A stretch of DNA of 42,262 bases from Clostridia bacterium (GTDB lineage Bacteria > Bacillota > Clostridia > Christensenellales > QALW01). The DNA lies in assembly GCA_045648525.1 (NCBI GenBank), contig JAZROC010000186.1, positions 1 through 42,262 on the forward strand. The letters are read 5' to 3'. The notes below the pieces were generated by a model. It was not told the DNA's origin. It saw only the letters and a list, made by a program, of their open reading frames with translations, and did not search any database. Of this stretch, positions 1 through 10,563 are shown piece after piece. The position numbers and the translations under genes were made by a program. Numbering within the stretch: position 1 is the stretch's first letter; every line of letters starts with the position of its first letter.

Positions 1-1154
1 GTAGGCACCGGTGTGGGCGTCGGAGTAGGTGTGGGTGTTGGTGTTGGTGTGGGTGTTGGTGTGGGTGTTACGGGATTTAATGGAGTAAATACAATTTTAT
101 ATTCACTACTAAGGTTAATATATCCATAAGAAGTAACGTTATTTGCTATTCCTATTTCCTTAACGATATTATATACATTTTCTCTAAACCAAGTGTAGAA
201 ATCCACATCACTGTTTAAATAAAATTCACCATAATAGCCACCGTTAAAGATTGCACTTACATCTGAAACGTTAAGATCATCTATTATTCCGCCTTCAACA
301 TTAAAATAAAACATTTCAGTTGAAGCACATTCAGGTCTTTCGTATGCTACAATATCGATTTCGTGGTCTTTAGTAAGTATGCTTTCAGGTACGTTAAAAT
401 ATGCGTGGAAGATATATTCGCCTTGGTCGTCCCACGTAACGTCAACGTAATAAAAGTCGCCATCAATTTCAACCGCATTCCACTCATGACCTTCAGGCTG
501 TCCTGTTGAGGGATTTATGCTTGAGCCTTCAACAAGATAAGACCTTATGCCCACTTTATGTAAAAGCACCTGAAACGCTTCTGCATAGCCTTCACAAACT
601 GCAACACCGTCTACAAGTGCGCCGTATGCGTTGTGAGCGTTTGTTGCCTCGTTATAAGTAACTATCTGAGCAACTTTATCGTGGAAATATAATTCCTTTT
701 CGTAATCACTCATTGAATTGTTTACACCTGCAAGGATTTCGTCAACAACCGCATCAAATTCTGCCCTTGCATTTTCAAGTTCAGTACCATTCATAAGATA
801 CGAGGGTTTGAAGGCAATTACTTCATTTTCAGAATACATTGAATATGACCAAGTATTTCCCAACCAGAAATGCTCGGCATAGTCATCTCGATAAGCAGTT
901 ACAACCGTAAGAAGTTCATCTTCAGAAAGAGGATGCACGTCATCGTAAATGTCGATTTCTTCAAGTGTGTTTTCTACACCTTCCGCTATCTTATCATAAG
1001 CGTATAACAAAGCCACAGCATTGGGCATTTTTGATAAGCCTTCCCTGCCTACAAAAAAAGAGTCATTTTTTTCGGCACTAATTGCCACAGGAATTGTTGA
1101 AAAAATTATAGCAAGAGCAACAAAGAAAGTCAAAATTTTCATTGATTTTTTCAT
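1..1154 (-). CDS. Secreted transglutaminase-like (Cys-His-Asp core) peptidase family protein with C-terminal Thr-Pro linker; 3' end cut by the window edge
   Basis: Absent from the supplied ORF track because it has no stop inside the window. Reverse-strand ATG at 1154-1152 follows AGGAGA (1166-1161). I checked about the first 130 codons triplet by triplet and translated the rest by eye; no stop was seen through position 3 (384 codons). The translation starts MKKSMKILTFFVALAIIFSTIPVAISA (signal peptide). It contains GVAVCEGYAEAFQVLLHKVGIRS and GHEWNAVEIDGDFYYVDVTWDD, which match transglutaminase-core Cys, His and Asp spacing. It ends in TPTPTPTPTPTPTPTPTPTPVP. Confidence 0.75.
   Translation of the reverse strand, partial: MKKSMKILTFFVALAIIFSTIPVAISAEKNDSFFVGREGLSKMPNAVALLYAYDKIAEGVENTLEEIDIYDDVHPLSEDELLTVVTAYRDDYAEHFWLGNTWSYSMYSENEVIAFKPSYLMNGTELENARAEFDAVVDEILAGVNNSMSDYEKELYFHDKVAQIVTYNEATNAHNAYGALVDGVAVCEGYAEAFQVLLHKVGIRSYLVEGSSINPSTGQPEGHEWNAVEIDGDFYYVDVTWDDQGEYIFHAYFNVPESILTKDHEIDIVAYERPECASTEMFYFNVEGGIIDDLNVSDVSAIFNGGYYGEFYLNSDVDFYTWFRENVYNIVKEIGIANNVTSYGYINLSSEYKIVFTPLNPVTPTPTPTPTPTPTPTPTPTPVP
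10..69. repeat. Imperfect GGNGTN hexanucleotide tandem array (10 units, the last 7 being GGTGTK), encoding the (Thr-Pro)n linker on the minus strand
   Basis: Read directly: ggtgtg ggcgtc ggagta ggtgtg ggtgtt ggtgtt ggtgtg ggtgtt ggtgtg ggtgtt. It lies in frame within the 1..1154 CDS. Confidence 0.6.
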
Positions 1155-1166
1155 AACTATTCTCCT

Positions 1167-1688
1167 TTATTTTTCATATAATACGACGCATTGGTCGTTA
1201 TCAAACTCATCTGTAAAGACCTTTATAACTTCATCAAGGCTTGTGGGAACGTTTTTGCCTACGTAGTCTGCCCTAAACGGAAGTTCTCTGTGCCCTCTGT
1301 CAATTAAAACAGCAAGACGGATGCATTGAGGTCTTCCGATATCCATAAGACAATCAATGGCGGCGCGGACCGTTCTGCCTGTAAACATAACGTCATCAAC
1401 AAGAATTATTTTTTTGCCGTCAACGTTGATTTTTTGCTTTTCATATTTTTCAGGCTTAATAATATCGTCGCGATACATCGAAGTATCAAGTTCGGCATAT
1501 TCAGGAGAAACACCTTCGATTTCAGCTATTTTTTTATGAATAACTTTTGCTAAAGGGATTCCCCCGCGTTTAATACCAACGATTACAAGATTTTCTGCAC
1601 CGCTGTTTTTTTCAGTAATTTCGTGTGAAATACGTATTAATGCACGGTTTATGCCGTCACTATCCATAATTTCTGCTTTTTTACGCAT
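1167..1688 (-). CDS. pyrR: Bifunctional pyrimidine operon regulator / uracil phosphoribosyltransferase PyrR
   Basis: 173-aa ORF with PRPP-binding motif ILVDDVMFTGRT and PyrR-typical GIKRGGIPLA and HRELPFRADYVGKNVPTS. Its stop TAA (1169-1167) directly abuts the RBS of the downstream peptidase gene. Confidence 0.95.
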   Translation of the reverse strand: MRKKAEIMDSDGINRALIRISHEITEKNSGAENLVIVGIKRGGIPLAKVIHKKIAEIEGVSPEYAELDTSMYRDDIIKPEKYEKQKINVDGKKIILVDDVMFTGRTVRAAIDCLMDIGRPQCIRLAVLIDRGHRELPFRADYVGKNVPTSLDEVIKVFTDEFDNDQCVVLYEK

Positions 1689-1723
1689 AAAATCTATCCT
1701 TTTTTTGTTGCATTACATTATTT

Positions 1724-1752
1724 ATTTTACCATTTTAATTTTATAAAGTCAA
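1724..1752 (-). promoter_or_regulatory. Putative sigma-A promoter of pyrR
   Basis: Minus strand reads TTGACT (1752-1747), a 17-nt spacer, then TGG-TAAAAT (-10 at 1729-1724). It lies about 35 nt upstream of the pyrR ATG. Confidence 0.5.
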
Positions 1753-1758
1753 TTACTG

Positions 1759-1787
1759 TTTACACAAAATTTCAAAGATGATATAAT
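1759..1787 (+). promoter_or_regulatory. Putative sigma-A promoter of the nuclease-helicase gene
   Basis: TTTACA (1759-1764), a 17-nt spacer, then TGa-TATAAT (1782-1787). The RBS AGAGGAGG follows before ATG 1813. Confidence 0.55.
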
Positions 1788-1812
1788 ATGAAAAAAAAGA
1801 GGAGGTGCATCA

Positions 1813-5110
<3,298 letters not shown>

Positions 5111-5118
5111 TTACCTCT

Positions 5119-5148
5119 GAAAAAACCCCGAAAAATTTTCGGGGTTTT
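5119..5148 (-). terminator. Intrinsic terminator of the 5153..6433 gene
   Basis: Minus strand reads AAAACCCCGAAAA-TTTTTCGGGGTTTTTT: a GC core stem CCCCG/CGGGG followed by a U-run. It sits immediately after the stop codon and just before the mnmA RBS. Confidence 0.7.
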
Positions 5149-5152
5149 AAAA

Positions 5153-6433
5153 TTACTTCTTGTTCTTTAATTTCTGTTCTGCTTTATATGCAGCTAATTT
5201 TGCGGCTTCTTCTGCTTTGAAAGCCTTTATAGCTTCCTTGTCAGCTTTGCGCTGAATCTTGTATTCAGCATCCTTAATCTTCTTTTCTTCAGCCATTCTG
5301 ATTTTTCTTTCTTTGCTGAAGAAGTCATCGCCATAAAGGTGAATTTGTTCTTTTCTGTATTCGTCAGTACATCTGATATAGTCAAAAACAGACCAAAGAA
5401 TGATAATTGCACCTAATGCAATAAGAACAAAGCAACCTGCATCAAACTCAAACTTATGTTGTGAGTAGAATATAATATCAATAACAGGAATAACAACAAG
5501 ACCAAGACCTAAAAGAGCAGAAACAACAAGTTCAACAATTCTGAATTTGTTAGGAATGGTAAGTGCAAAAATAGTTGCAACAGCTGAAAGAATCATAAAT
5601 GAGAACATAAATAAATCCTTCTCATAAAATTCCATCTTGTCATTAACTTCCTTTGACATAATACCGCCGCCGATTTCGCCAACAACAGGTAAGGTTTCCT
5701 TATAAGCATCACGATCAACGTAAATAGTATAAACGTCAAGAGGACAATACATCTGATTTGCTTCAGACGCAAAGCAAATTGCTGCATAGAAAACTTCACT
5801 GCCGCCAACGGGAATTGTCATATTCTTAAGTTCGTCCTCAGTTTTCTTATCGCTCATAGGAATAGCCTGAGGCTTTGCGGTCTTCTGTCTGAGCCACGCT
5901 GTCTTTGAATCAATAATCTTAATAAGGTCAAAGTTTGTTGCTTTGGGAACAGTTACTTCGATAACGCCATCAATACCCTCAGCTTCATTCTTCTGAACAT
6001 TTGTTGTTACGTTAACAAGAGAATTGTTCTTTGCATCCTTTTTTAATACCATTTTATAGATAGCCAAAAGGTTTGACTTAAGACCATCATTTTTGTTATA
6101 TCTGTCATAACCGTATGCATAGGTTGCAAAATAGTATGTATTCTCATTTTCAGGTAAAGGAATAGCTGACTTATTGACAGTTTCAGTAAGATCCTTATCC
6201 TTATAAAGTTCAAAAGCAGGAGAAGTTGAATGTACGAACTCAGTTATGCTGAATGTTAACTGGTCACTACCGATTTTACGGTCAATGATTTTTGCATCAA
6301 CGTCAATATCCTGAATTGCATCAGTTGCCGGAATACGCATATACGGAATGAATATACATACGATTACCGAAAAAGCAAGGACAGCCAGAATTATTTTTGT
6401 AAATAAGCTGTTCATATTAAAAAACTTGTTCAT
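5153..6433 (-). CDS. Hypothetical multi-pass membrane protein with a large extracytoplasmic domain and a Lys/Glu/Ala-rich C-terminal tail
   Basis: 426 aa. RBS GGGGG lies 7 nt before ATG 6433. There is an N-terminal TM (IILAVLAFSVIVCIFI), then ~240 aa of soluble region, then three hydrophobic helices (LFMFSFMILSAVATIFAL, VVSALLGLGLVVIPVI, CFVLIALGAIIILW). The tail reads EEKKIKDAEYKIQRKADKEAIKAFKAEEAAKLAAYKAEQKLKNKK. I recognised no family motif. Confidence 0.65.
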   Translation of the reverse strand: MNKFFNMNSLFTKIILAVLAFSVIVCIFIPYMRIPATDAIQDIDVDAKIIDRKIGSDQLTFSITEFVHSTSPAFELYKDKDLTETVNKSAIPLPENENTYYFATYAYGYDRYNKNDGLKSNLLAIYKMVLKKDAKNNSLVNVTTNVQKNEAEGIDGVIEVTVPKATNFDLIKIIDSKTAWLRQKTAKPQAIPMSDKKTEDELKNMTIPVGGSEVFYAAICFASEANQMYCPLDVYTIYVDRDAYKETLPVVGEIGGGIMSKEVNDKMEFYEKDLFMFSFMILSAVATIFALTIPNKFRIVELVVSALLGLGLVVIPVIDIIFYSQHKFEFDAGCFVLIALGAIIILWSVFDYIRCTDEYRKEQIHLYGDDFFSKERKIRMAEEKKIKDAEYKIQRKADKEAIKAFKAEEAAKLAAYKAEQKLKNKK

Positions 6434-6463
6434 AAGAAACCCCCTTATAATTAGAACATAACA

Positions 6464-6492
6464 ATTATACTCTTTTCTTTAATAATAGTCAA
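6464..6492 (-). promoter_or_regulatory. Putative sigma-A promoter of the 5153..6433 gene
   Basis: Minus strand reads TTGACT (6492-6487), a 17-nt spacer, then TATAAT (6469-6464). Confidence 0.6.
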
Positions 6493-6556
6493 TACCCAAA
6501 GTGAAAAAAGTATATTTTTTTAGGTTAATTTACAATTTAGTAAAAATTATAGGCAT

Positions 6557-6586
6557 AAAAAAAGATGCGCAAATGATTGCGCACCC
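6557..6586 (-). terminator. Intrinsic terminator after rplS
   Basis: Minus strand has stem TGCGCAA / TTGCGCA with a 4-nt loop, followed by TTTTTTT (complement of the A-run at 6557-6563). It starts 8 nt after the rplS stop. Confidence 0.7.
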
Positions 6587-6593
6587 TCTTTTA

Positions 6594-6935
6594 TTACTGG
6601 ATTTCTTTAACCTTGGCAGCTTTACCAACGCGATCACGGAGGTAGTAGAGTTTAGCTCTGCGTACACGACCACGACGAACGATTGAAATGCTTCCAAGTC
6701 TGGGTGAATGTACAGGGAATGTACGCTCAACACCAACACCGTAAGCCACACGGCGAACAGTAAAGGTTTCACGAGTGCTGCCGTTTTTACGAGCAATAAC
6801 AGTGCCTTCGAAAGCCTGTAATCTCTCACGGTTACCTTCAACAACCTTAACCATTACCTTAACGGTATCACCAACGTTGAAATCAGGAATGTCTGTGCGA
6901 AGCTGTTCTGCTTCAATTGCTCTAATAAGTTCCAT
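6594..6935 (-). CDS. rplS: 50S ribosomal protein L19
   Basis: [27 protein letters not shown]...RRAKLYYLR is unmistakably L19. I set the start at the second ATG (6935) because AAGGAGA sits 7 nt upstream of it. The track's ATG at 6956 has no SD. Confidence 0.95.
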   Translation of the reverse strand: MELIRAIEAEQLRTDIPDFNVGDTVKVMVKVVEGNRERLQAFEGTVIARKNGSTRETFTVRRVAYGVGVERTFPVHSPRLGSISIVRRGRVRRAKLYYLRDRVGKAAKVKEIQ

Positions 6936-7011
6936 TTTTTTCTCCTTATTTATCATAGATGTTCATTGACTCGAAGCTAACGGTCAAGCGGACCACCCGA
7001 ATTATTTAAGC
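6936..7011 (-). promoter_or_regulatory. rplS 5' leader, possible L19-leader-type autoregulatory RNA
   Basis: A ~75-nt untranslated leader lies between the predicted TSS and the rplS ATG. It can form GGUC-CGCUU-GACC and the alternative UUGAC-12 nt-GUCAA pairings. An L19 leader motif is described in low-GC Gram-positives, but I cannot verify a match to its consensus by eye. Confidence 0.3.
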
Positions 7012-7017
7012 TAATAT

Positions 7018-7046
7018 AATATACCATAAGATACATTTTTTAGCAA
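7018..7046 (-). promoter_or_regulatory. Putative sigma-A promoter of rplS
   Basis: Minus strand reads TTGCTA (7046-7041), a 17-nt spacer, then TGG-TATATT (-10 at 7023-7018). It lies just downstream of the trmD stop. Confidence 0.55.
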
Positions 7047-7053
7047 GCGTTTT

Positions 7054-7776
7054 TTATTGATTTTTTAATTTTTCAAGTATTTTTAAATCTTCTTTTGTTA
7101 AAACTGCCTTTTCAAGCAGGTCAGGGCGCTTTTTAAGCGTCACTTTTAACTGCATTTCACGTTGCCACGCAGTTATTAATTTGTGATTTCCGCTTAAGAG
7201 AACGTCAGGTACCTTCATACCTTTATAATCTGCAGGGCGCGTATATTGAGGACACTCAAGAAGACCATCGGAAAAACTGTCTTCATAAGCACTGTCAACG
7301 CTTCCTAAAACACCGTCGATAAATCGTGCCGTTGCATCAATAACAACAAGTGCCGCCAACTCACCACCGGTAAGAACGTAATCCCCTATTGAGATTTCAC
7401 GGTCGATAAGATTATCTAACACTCTTTGGTCAACGCCTTCATAATGACCGCAAAGAATTATAAGGTGCTTATTGCCTGAAAGGTCTTTTGCAATATCGGG
7501 TGTAAGAGTTTCGCCTTGCGGTGACATATAAATACTGACACTATCTTCTGTTTTAATGCTTTCAAAGGCAGAGAAAATAGGTTGCGCCATCATAAGCATA
7601 CCCACTCCACCGCCGAAAGGATAGTCATCGGTGTTTTTATGTTTGCTTTCTGCAAAATCACGAATATTGATTACTTCAATTTCAATTATTCCTTTTTTAA
7701 TTGCTCTGCCTAAAATACTGCTTTCAATCATAGGTTTGAGCATTTCAGGAAAAATTGTAAGGACACTAATCTTCAT
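7054..7776 (-). CDS. trmD: tRNA (guanine37-N1)-methyltransferase TrmD
   Basis: MKISVLTIFPEM... with YPFGGGVGM and GHYEGVDQR motifs. I prefer ATG 7776 (GAGG 9 nt upstream) over the track's TTG at 7785. It overlaps the rimM stop by 11 nt. Confidence 0.95.
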   Translation of the reverse strand: MKISVLTIFPEMLKPMIESSILGRAIKKGIIEIEVINIRDFAESKHKNTDDYPFGGGVGMLMMAQPIFSAFESIKTEDSVSIYMSPQGETLTPDIAKDLSGNKHLIILCGHYEGVDQRVLDNLIDREISIGDYVLTGGELAALVVIDATARFIDGVLGSVDSAYEDSFSDGLLECPQYTRPADYKGMKVPDVLLSGNHKLITAWQREMQLKVTLKKRPDLLEKAVLTKEDLKILEKLKNQ

Positions 7777-8284
7777 AGACAGCAACCTCTTGAAGCATAT
7801 CGCCTTTTACAGTGATAAGCTTTTTGTCAATATCAATATCAAGAACAAAGCTTTTAACTGCAGGAATAAGAATTTCATCTTTTTCGTTTTTTACAACGTA
7901 AACGTCGTTCGCACCAGGTTGCATAACTTCTGTAACCTTGCCTAAAACAACACATTCATCGGTAACAACGGTGCAACCGATAAGGTCAAAAATGAAATAT
8001 CTGCCCTCGGGAAGTTTTATTGCGTGTTCACGGTCAACACAAATATACTTGTTGCGCAAAAGTTCTGCGGCATCACGATCGTATATTTTTTCAAGGAACA
8101 AAAAGGCGCACTCATCGCCAAGACGAGTGCCTTTTACGTTATATCTTATATAGTTGCCCTTATCTTCAACAAAAATATACTCAAGGTCCAAAAAACGCTC
8201 AAGCGTATCTGAAAGATTATTGACTTTTATTTCGCCGCGAATACCCTGAGGTTTTGCGACGATACCTATTCTGATATAATCCAT
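7766..8284 (-). CDS. rimM: 16S rRNA processing protein RimM
   Basis: 172 aa beginning MDYIRIGIVAKPQGIRGEIKV (RimM N-terminal beta-barrel signature), with a PRC-barrel-like C-terminus. It occupies the conserved position between khpA and trmD. Confidence 0.9.
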   Translation of the reverse strand: MDYIRIGIVAKPQGIRGEIKVNNLSDTLERFLDLEYIFVEDKGNYIRYNVKGTRLGDECAFLFLEKIYDRDAAELLRNKYICVDREHAIKLPEGRYFIFDLIGCTVVTDECVVLGKVTEVMQPGANDVYVVKNEKDEILIPAVKSFVLDIDIDKKLITVKGDMLQEVAVYED

Positions 8285-8287
8285 ATT

Positions 8288-8515
8288 TTAGATAATGTCA
8301 ACGATAACGCGTTTTTCTTCCTTTGAAGAAGCCGCTTTTACTACCGTACGGATTGCGCGTGCAATTTTGCCTTGCTTACCGATTATCTTGCCCATATCTT
8401 CTTGAGCAACGCGAACTTCGATAACAGTAGCATCGTCACGTTCAACGCGAGTAACGTTAACCTGTTCCTTTTCGTTAACAAGTTGTTTAACTATGTACTC
8501 AACTAAATTTTCCAC
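8288..8515 (-). CDS. khpA: KH-domain RNA-binding protein (YlqC/KhpA family, UPF0109)
   Basis: 75 aa with the KH GxxG motif in MGKIIGKQGKIARAIRTV. It occupies the conserved position between rpsP and rimM. Confidence 0.85.
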   Translation of the reverse strand: MENLVEYIVKQLVNEKEQVNVTRVERDDATVIEVRVAQEDMGKIIGKQGKIARAIRTVVKAASSKEEKRVIVDII

Positions 8516-8528
8516 AGTATCACCTTAA

Positions 8529-8768
8529 TTACTCAAGACCTGCGATCTTAAGAAGTCTCTTTACAGTTTCAGTAGGCTGTGCACCCTTTTTGATCCATTC
8601 CTGTGCCTGTTCAACGTCGATTTTGATTTCAGCAGGATCTGTCATGGGGTTGTAGTAACCGATGTTTGCGATAGCCTTGCCATCACGAGCGTTACGGCTT
8701 TCTGAAACAACAACACGATAGAAGGGAGCCTTTTTTGCACCAAGTCTTGTAAGTCTGATTTTTACCAT
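8529..8768 (-). CDS. rpsP: 30S ribosomal protein S16
   Basis: [21 protein letters not shown]... is canonical S16. I set the start at ATG 8768 (GGAGG 8 nt upstream). The track's TTG at 8783 overlaps that SD. Confidence 0.95.
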   Translation of the reverse strand: MVKIRLTRLGAKKAPFYRVVVSESRNARDGKAIANIGYYNPMTDPAEIKIDVEQAQEWIKKGAQPTETVKRLLKIAGLE

Positions 8769-8812
8769 TTTATTTTCCTCCAATAAAAAAATTATATATT
8801 TAAGTTTTTAAC

Positions 8813-10156
8813 TTACCAAAATTTAGGGAATCCGCCTTTTCTGCCGCCGCCTTTTACGAACAAGCCGAAACGCTTCATCATTTGCTTTGTCTGATTGAAT
8901 TGAGCTATAAGCTGGTTAACTTCCTGAACGCTTGTGCCACTGCCTGCGGCAATTCTACGTCTTCTTGAAGCATTTAAAATATCAGGATTTTTTCTTTCCT
9001 TTTTAGTCATTGAAAGAATGATTGCTTCTAAACGATCTATACGTTTTTCGTCAATTTCCTGTTGTGAGAGTTTTTGGGTATCAAGACCGGGAATGGACGG
9101 CAATGATTTTAATATATCTTTCATTGAACCCATTTTGCGCATCTGCTTGAACTGATCAAGAAAATCCTGTAAATCAAATTTGTTCTGCTTTATTTTTTCC
9201 TGAAGTTTTAAACCGTCTGCTTCATCAAAATTCTCCTGTGCTTTTTCAATTAAAGAAAGCACGTCACCCATACCGAGAATTCTTGAAGCCATTCTGTCAG
9301 GATGGAAAGGCTCAATATCAGTAAGCTTTTCGCCAATACCTGAAAATTTGATAGGTTTGCCTGTTACTGCCTTAACGCTCATTGCGGCACCGCCACGAGC
9401 ATCACCGTCAAGCTTTGTTAAAATAACACCGTCAATACCTAACTTTTCATTAAAGCTTTCGGCAACGTTAACGGCATCCTGACCGGTCATAGCATCAACA
9501 GTAAGAAGAATTTCTGTGGGACGAACTGCTTTTTTAATGTCAACAAGCTCATTCATAAGATTTTCATCAATATGAAGGCGACCTGCAGTATCAAGAATAA
9601 CCGTGTCATAAAGATAGCTTTTTGCATATTGTATAGCTTCTTCAGCGGTTTTTATGGGATTTTGTGTTCCCCTGTCAAAAACTGCAAGCTGAAGTTGCGC
9701 ACCTACTACTTTTAACTGGTCAATAGCGGCGGGACGATAAATATCACACGCAACAAGAAGTGGCTTTTTACCTTGCTTTTTAAGGTATCCGCCCAACTTT
9801 GCGCACATTGTGGTTTTACCTGCACCCTGAAGACCGCAAAGCATATATATACTTGGCGGAGCTGATGATACAGTAAGCTTTGAATGAGTTGAACCCATCA
9901 AAGTACAAAGCTCATCATTAACTATTTTTATAACCTGCTGACCAGGTGTAAGAGAATTAAGAACTTCCTCTCCAACGGACTTTTCGGTTACTTTTTTTAC
10001 AAAATCACGCGCAACGGCAAAGTTAACGTCAGCCTCAAGAAGTGCCATTCGCACTTCACGCATAGCCTCTTTAACGTCACTTTCAGAAAGTTTACCGCGA
10101 CTTTTAAGACCTTTAAATACTTTTTGAAGTTTTTCACTTAAACCCTCAAAAGCCAT
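8813..10156 (-). CDS. ffh: Signal recognition particle protein Ffh
   Basis: 447 aa with an NG domain (GLQGAGKTT, DTAGR, TKLD) and a Met-rich M domain (MRKMGSMKDIL..., MMKRF). Confidence 0.97.
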   Translation of the reverse strand: MAFEGLSEKLQKVFKGLKSRGKLSESDVKEAMREVRMALLEADVNFAVARDFVKKVTEKSVGEEVLNSLTPGQQVIKIVNDELCTLMGSTHSKLTVSSAPPSIYMLCGLQGAGKTTMCAKLGGYLKKQGKKPLLVACDIYRPAAIDQLKVVGAQLQLAVFDRGTQNPIKTAEEAIQYAKSYLYDTVILDTAGRLHIDENLMNELVDIKKAVRPTEILLTVDAMTGQDAVNVAESFNEKLGIDGVILTKLDGDARGGAAMSVKAVTGKPIKFSGIGEKLTDIEPFHPDRMASRILGMGDVLSLIEKAQENFDEADGLKLQEKIKQNKFDLQDFLDQFKQMRKMGSMKDILKSLPSIPGLDTQKLSQQEIDEKRIDRLEAIILSMTKKERKNPDILNASRRRRIAAGSGTSVQEVNQLIAQFNQTKQMMKRFGLFVKGGGRKGGFPKFW

Positions 10157-10473
10157 TACATTTCCTCCGTTACTTTTTTAAGCATTTCTGAATACTTTCG
10201 TGTTTCAGGATTTTGCGAAAGCATTTCCGCGATCTTTATTATTTCCTTTTCTTTGCTCACTATTTTGAAGTTTTCTTCATAAAAGCGAAGTTTTTCTTCG
10301 CCTTTGATTATGGTGTTACGCACTGCTTGACGGGAAATATTTAATATTTCACCTATTTCACCTAATGAAAGGTCCTCATCATAGCGCATGCGAAAAATGC
10401 TTGCCTGTGTTTCGGTCAGCAATTTTTCATAAGTATCCAATAAAATTGCCATTCCTATACCATCATCAAGCAC
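10156..10473 (-). CDS. ylxM: YlxM/UPF0122 putative HTH protein of the SRP operon
   Basis: LLDTYEKLLTETQASIFRMRYDEDLSLGEIGEILNISRQAV is the YlxM signature. Its stop overlaps the ffh start as TAATG at 10158-10154. The start is uncertain: GGAGG at 10486-10482 favours GTG 10473 or TTG 10476, and ATG 10452 is also possible. Confidence 0.8.
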   Translation of the reverse strand: MLDDGIGMAILLDTYEKLLTETQASIFRMRYDEDLSLGEIGEILNISRQAVRNTIIKGEEKLRFYEENFKIVSKEKEIIKIAEMLSQNPETRKYSEMLKKVTEEM

Positions 10474-10488
10474 CAATAACACCTCCGC

Positions 10489-10524
10489 AAAAATAAAGGC
10501 TGTAAACCATTTTTGATTTACAGC
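10489..10524 (-). terminator. Terminator-like hairpin between ftsY and ylxM
   Basis: Minus strand reads GCTGTAAA-10 nt loop-TTTACAGC followed by CTTTATTTTT. It sits directly before the ylxM SD. Confidence 0.45.
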
Positions 10525-10528
10525 ACAT

Positions 10529-10557
10529 ATAATATAACTAAATTAAAAATTTGTCAA
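10529..10557 (-). promoter_or_regulatory. Putative sigma-A promoter of ylxM-ffh
   Basis: Minus strand reads TTGACA (10557-10552), a 17-nt spacer, then TATTAT (10534-10529). The predicted TSS falls inside the 5' arm of the downstream hairpin. Confidence 0.5.
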
Positions 10558-10563
10558 GCGAAA

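Noticed and set aside
1021-1553. Track ORFs 1021..1266(+), 1326..1553(+) and 1357..1539(+)
   Set aside because: They are antisense to the peptidase and pyrR CDSs, which have strong family signatures. They have no SD, and their composition is typical of antisense frames.
1689-1812. PyrR-binding attenuator upstream of pyrR
   Set aside because: The predicted promoter leaves only a ~30-nt leader. No CCAGAGAGG-like PyrR binding loop or terminator/antiterminator pair is present on the minus strand.
6530-6844. 104-aa minus-strand ORF overlapping rplS in another frame and running through its terminator
   Set aside because: It overlaps a canonical L19 CDS out of frame and spans the terminator hairpin. 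It has no SD.
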